From Podospora anserina (taxonomy: Eukaryota): a DNA stretch of 64,000 nt. Positions 59,625-64,000 of this stretch are shown in pieces. Location: assembly GCA_017654855.1 (NCBI GenBank), contig CM030336.1:2046001-2110000 (forward strand), written 5' to 3'. The notes under the pieces are model-generated. The model was given only the letters and a program-made list of their open reading frames with translations, ran no database searches and was not told the DNA's origin. Positions within the stretch are counted from its first letter, which is position 1; every line of letters begins with the position of its first letter. The translations under genes and the position numbers were made by a program.

Positions 59625-60913
59625 ATGAAAACCAGCTGGTACATTTTCTTGTGTTGCCTATCTTTCGCAATGGCGCTGAATCTGACAGCCAAGCGGCCTT
59701 TGAGATGCATCATGTACTACACCGGGTATGTCCCCCATTGACAACCTAGACTCTATCAACCAACTAACCGTTTGATCAGTCAACATCCAGTCACGCCTCC
59801 AATCGATCAATTAAAGCACGTTACCCATGTTGCTGTTGCCTTCATGAGTCCCGGGGTCTTCAACGAGCCGGGCCGGATGGATTGGCCCTTGTGGACCACG
59901 GTGGAAGATGTCAGGAAGAAATTCCCCAAGGAGGCAAAGGTGCTGATCGCAATTGGCGGTTGGGGCGATACCATCGGCTTTTCAGTGGCCGCTCTCTCAG
60001 ACGAGACACGGAAAACATTTGCTGAGAATGTGGCAAGCATGGTGAGGGTGACTGGGGCTGATGGTGTCGATATCGATTGGGAATATCCAGGGTAAGCCTT
60101 AGTCCCATTATTACACAGTTGGACTCAAGTTCGTCTGACAATGCAGTCAATGTCTACAGAGGCAACGGTGAAGATTACAAACAGGTTCCCAACACATCGA
60201 AATCCTGGGAAATTCAGGCCTATCCCCTTCTCCTTGCCGAATTGCGAGCTGCCTTGGGACCAAACGTCATCATCTCGGCAGCTGTACCGGGCCTCGAACG
60301 CGACATGCTTGCTTTCACCAGAGAAACCGTCCCTAGAATCATGAGGCACCTTGACTTCCTGAATGTCATGACTTATGATCTGATGAACCGTCGTGACACC
60401 GTGACGAAGCACCACACCGGCATAGACCTCAGTCTCGAGGCTCTCGACGCCTACATCGCAGCCGGAGCCGCACCCCAGGAGCTCAACCTGGGCTTTGCGT
60501 TTTACGTGAAGTATTTCCGCACCCTACACGAAAAGTGTCTGGATGATCCGATTGGGTGTCCTACCGTCCTTCTTGAGGATCCGTCAACCGGCGCGGATCT
60601 TGGACAGGCGGGGGCATTTTCATGGCACGATGCTGTGCCTGAGGATGTGGCAAATTCCTTTACAAGGGCGATCGGTAAGGGGAGGTATGATGAGAAACAG
60701 GGAGGGTATTACTACTGGGATGAAGAGGAGGATATTTGGTGGACCTTCGACACGGCCGAGGCCATCAAGAGGAAGCTTCCAGTTCTCGTGGACAAGAAGA
60801 GACTCGGAGGAGTGTTTGCTTGGGGCCTAGGAGAGGATGCGCCTGTTTACGAGCGCTTGGCGGCCGTCAATGAGGAGTTGGATAAACGATTGGAAATCAA
60901 GGATGAGCTTTAA
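59625..60913 (+). CDS. GH18 chitinase with signal peptide and C-terminal KDEL; exons 59625-59725, 59780-60091, 60160-60913
   Basis: IAIGGW, DGVDIDWEYPG (intact DxxDxDxE) and VMTYD motifs; ends IKDEL. Confidence 0.92.
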
Positions 60914-61080
60914 GTTCGGTATCCTGAAGAGACGAGGATGGGGACGCTGATTGGCATTCTGGCTGATGAGACTATTTTAAAACCCAATTGCTCAAGAAAA
61001 GCGCATTATGTCGCGCTGGATGACAAGTACGTTGATCTATTCAGAGCTGCCTTGACAATGCAGTTTCATCATCGCTAAGA

Positions 61081-61679
61081 TTAGCGATGACTCCCACCCG
61101 GTTTGCCAGACCCTATTCCTCTCCTCAACAGGAACAAGTCGAGGCAGATGTACAACGCAGCCAAGAGCAGCGGCAGAGCAACTATCCACAGCACAACCAC
61201 GCTAACCCTCTCTTCCCAGTGAACCTGCCTTCCGCTAAACGCTCGGCTTCCATTCACAGAGGCTCCATCCACAACATGTTGTGACTCTTCATCTCCCTGG
61301 TACTCGTGATCTTCGACATCAGTACTCGGGTCGGAACCACGGCGTGCGTCGAAAGTGTGATAATTCACATGTTCATTCTGGTGAAGTGGCAACGGGGGCT
61401 CCACATGATCTTCGTCGTTGTTATCTCTGGGCCAGTTTGGCACGGGTGGAATAACAGGCATCAAACTGCCTCTCGAACGACAGTATCCTGCCGTTTATTT
61501 TTCAAATTAGCAGAGATCAAGCAAGGAGAGGGAAAATCAAAACGTACGGCCAAGAAGGGGTCCTCTGAGAGGATGTCAACAGAGCGAACTATCCCGCTAT
61601 GGTCGGATTCATGGTCGGAAGAAGAGGTGGATAAAGCAATGGAAGTAGAGCGGGAGGCAGATCCGGAAGGTGACCGCAT
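61081..61679 (-). CDS. Small protein with a C-terminal TM helix; the spliced upstream part (61679-61548, 61487-61461) is out of frame with ORF 61461-61081
   Basis: TM segment VVVLWIVALPLLLAALYICLDLFLL; canonical intron 61547-61488; TGATG overlap at 61463-61459. Confidence 0.5.
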
Positions 61680-62227
61680 CTTTTTTGGCAGCTTCTGGTT
61701 GCGAGATCGCGGTTCACCTGTTCTTGTATGGGTGATGTATTGAATGTTTGTAGTTTGGGTGAGATAATGGCAATGGGTGATTTCAAAAGAACCGAGGTGC
61801 TCTGTTGCACAGACCGGCAACGCAAAAAGCAACAGTCATAAGAGTGGATGAATTACAATAAACAGAGCATGTTGTGTTTGGAAAGACAACAGGTCTCTGA
61901 CAAAAGAAGCACCTGCACACCCACATAAACCCAACACCGCACTTGTAAAAATTGTAAGCAAGAATGAGAACACGGACACTATCACCATTTATAGTCATTC
62001 AGCAATAATGAGGCCACGAGACACTGGAAAGATGAGTACGGGAAATACCGGGCTGGCAACAGTATGACGGATACACAAGCCCGGAAGTGAATGATTGATT
62101 CCGCTGTGCAATGTCCTACTTGAACTATCTTTCTTGGAGCAAAGCCAATAAAAATGTCATCTTCTCTGCCCTCTGTCCCTTCATAAGCCTTACTACAATC
62201 AAGCACCATCCCACCCTGGTATGGAAC

Positions 62228-63466
62228 TCAGGATTCGTTGGTCGGGGGATCTAGGGTCAGGATAATCTATTTGATTAGCCAGTTTGCAATGCCCAAGCCG
62301 TTGTGTTCCAGCATGAGCAGATGACCATTGCCATAGAGCCCAAAGTCTTCAGGGAACTTGAGGTGCGAGACAGGCATGCCAGCCTGACGAAGAAAAGCAA
62401 CGGTGGCATAGTCATATTCAGTATGGAAACTTGAACCAGCTGTGACCACGCATTGTGGAATATCTTTGAGGTTTGGTAACTTGCGAACTGGGCCGTTTGC
62501 TTCGCCCTGGAGGTAGCACTCGGTTCTCGTGAGTGAGTCTACCGACCTGACAAATGGTATCGGCTGGAATCTTTCATGTTTGGGAACTTCATCGATATAT
62601 GCAACGTCCTGAAGAAGCTCTTCAAAGCTACTGGGAAAGAGAGGCGGAGGGACAAAGCCCATAGGGATGTCGGATAGCCCGTATGGTCGAATGCATGGGA
62701 AGGGGAGGCTCTGGGGAACCGGAAAACGCGGCTTGAATATTTGCTTTCCACCATCGTTAACCCATCCATTGGTGAATGGTGGACCGGTTGGCTCGATAGC
62801 AACTATGGTAGCAACCAGATGAGGTGCCTGATCAGCTGCTAGCCATGAGATTGTTGCACCGCTCCCATGACCAACTAGGATTGCCGGGCTTGGAAATTTC
62901 TCCAAGAAACGCATCAGGGACCGGACGCCACTCTATTGCTGCTCCTGTGGGTCAAGATACTCCGGTACCATACGCGCGTAGGTCCTTTCAAATATCGGTC
63001 TCCTGGTTCGCCAGTCTGTGAGCATATTGTTGGTCAGCTTTGATGGACCGGTATTGGGCTCCCTGGGACCTGAGAAGATACATACCCCGTCCACCATGCA
63101 GTGGGACTGTACAGACGGCCAATATACTTCGTGTGATTGGCTCCGGGGAGCTGTGTAGTATCTCTGAAGCTCGTCTTTAGACAGGGTTTTGGTGACGCAT
63201 CCAAAAGATTCATGGCCAGCTGGTTGCTCTGGGTGGCCGCAGCCATGGAAAGGGCGATAGAGTACAAAAGTGAAAAATCCGGCCGCGCAGAAGTGGAAGG
63301 CCCATCCAGGCTCGCCATCAGCTTTCCACCCCCAAATGTCTCCAGTTCTGTGATCACCGTGCACGAACACAACTGGATTGTAGTATTTGACTGCTTGCGG
63401 GGGGAATATCACAGCTCCAATCTTTTCTGCGCGTGTGGAATCGGCTTCCAAGGTCGATACTCCCAT
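62228..63466 (-). pseudogene. Alpha/beta-hydrolase-fold gene with in-frame TAGs (62933-62935, 62267-62269) and an apparent 1-nt frameshift (62996-62997); possibly restored by editing
   Basis: VVFVHG...DGEPGWA, WLAAD..P.LV..IVAIEPTGPPF and GNGHLLMLEHN motifs; intron 63085-63016; the two ORFs are in the same frame across the TAG. Confidence 0.7.
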
Positions 63467-64000
63467 TGTAAAGTATCAGTGATTGCTACTCAAAGAAGCG
63501 AGGTATGAAGATGCGAGATTGTGCGTCAACATTCGAAGAATGAGAATAAAAGTTACTTAACAGCTTAGCCACGACTGAGCTCTCTATTTGAAGTTGGAGA
63601 AATGACGTTCCAGGAAGTTAAGTTGGCAGGAACAAAGGCACGAGTGGCAGATACTGGGCCAGGAGCAACTGAGCGTCTCCCGCCTTCACACAATGAAACC
63701 TGGAATCCTGACAATTTATTAAAACATAACACTCCTGTGCCTTTCTTTGGAATTGACAACAAATTAATAATCATCCAACGGCTGTTTCTCCGAGTCTGAA
63801 GCCAGTGGGCTGACCATTTGAAAACCCATTCAACAATCCTCTAGGTACCTATCTACTTAGGCAAGGTCGGAGTGCACAAGCAGCCCGTCATTGATTTCGT
63901 TGGTCCCAATAGACTGGTTTGATATGCCCATTGTTCAGGGGACTCCAAATGAGCCGCATGTTCTAACTATGCTAGTATCATTGCCAGTCTCCAGTAGCCA

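Overview
Intron-containing genomic DNA from a filamentous ascomycete (Sordariales). The qa-4 product closely resembles, from memory, the Podospora 3-dehydroshikimate dehydratase used in engineered vanillin pathways; the species is not verified. About 20 intact genes were reconstructed by hand from GT/GC-AG and CTRAC signals: a UDP-rhamnose epimerase/reductase, ERG9, a subtilisin, an F-box-like protein, an acidic-repeat protein, an Irc21-like cytochrome b5 protein, NBS1, a MARVEL protein, RPS30, RPS2, an ADY2-type acetate permease, an OSM1-like fumarate reductase, a complete seven-gene quinic-acid (qa) cluster, JIP5 and a KDEL-ending GH18 chitinase. There is also one tRNA-Thr(AGT). Four accessory genes are interrupted by frameshifts or in-frame stops. 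The most interesting signal is an alpha/beta-hydrolase gene (62228-63466) with two in-frame UAG codons in the same AA-UAG-A context, one of them at a position where the family usually has Trp. It is a candidate for restoration by sexual-stage A-to-I editing; RIP-type decay is the alternative. Other notable signals are a rearranged qa cluster with QA-1F sites, an overlapping uORF on qa-1F, dual start codons in the fumarate reductase, a GC-AG intron, a dense PacC/STRE promoter module and a TGATG stop/start overlap. No transposon, rRNA or CRISPR array was seen.
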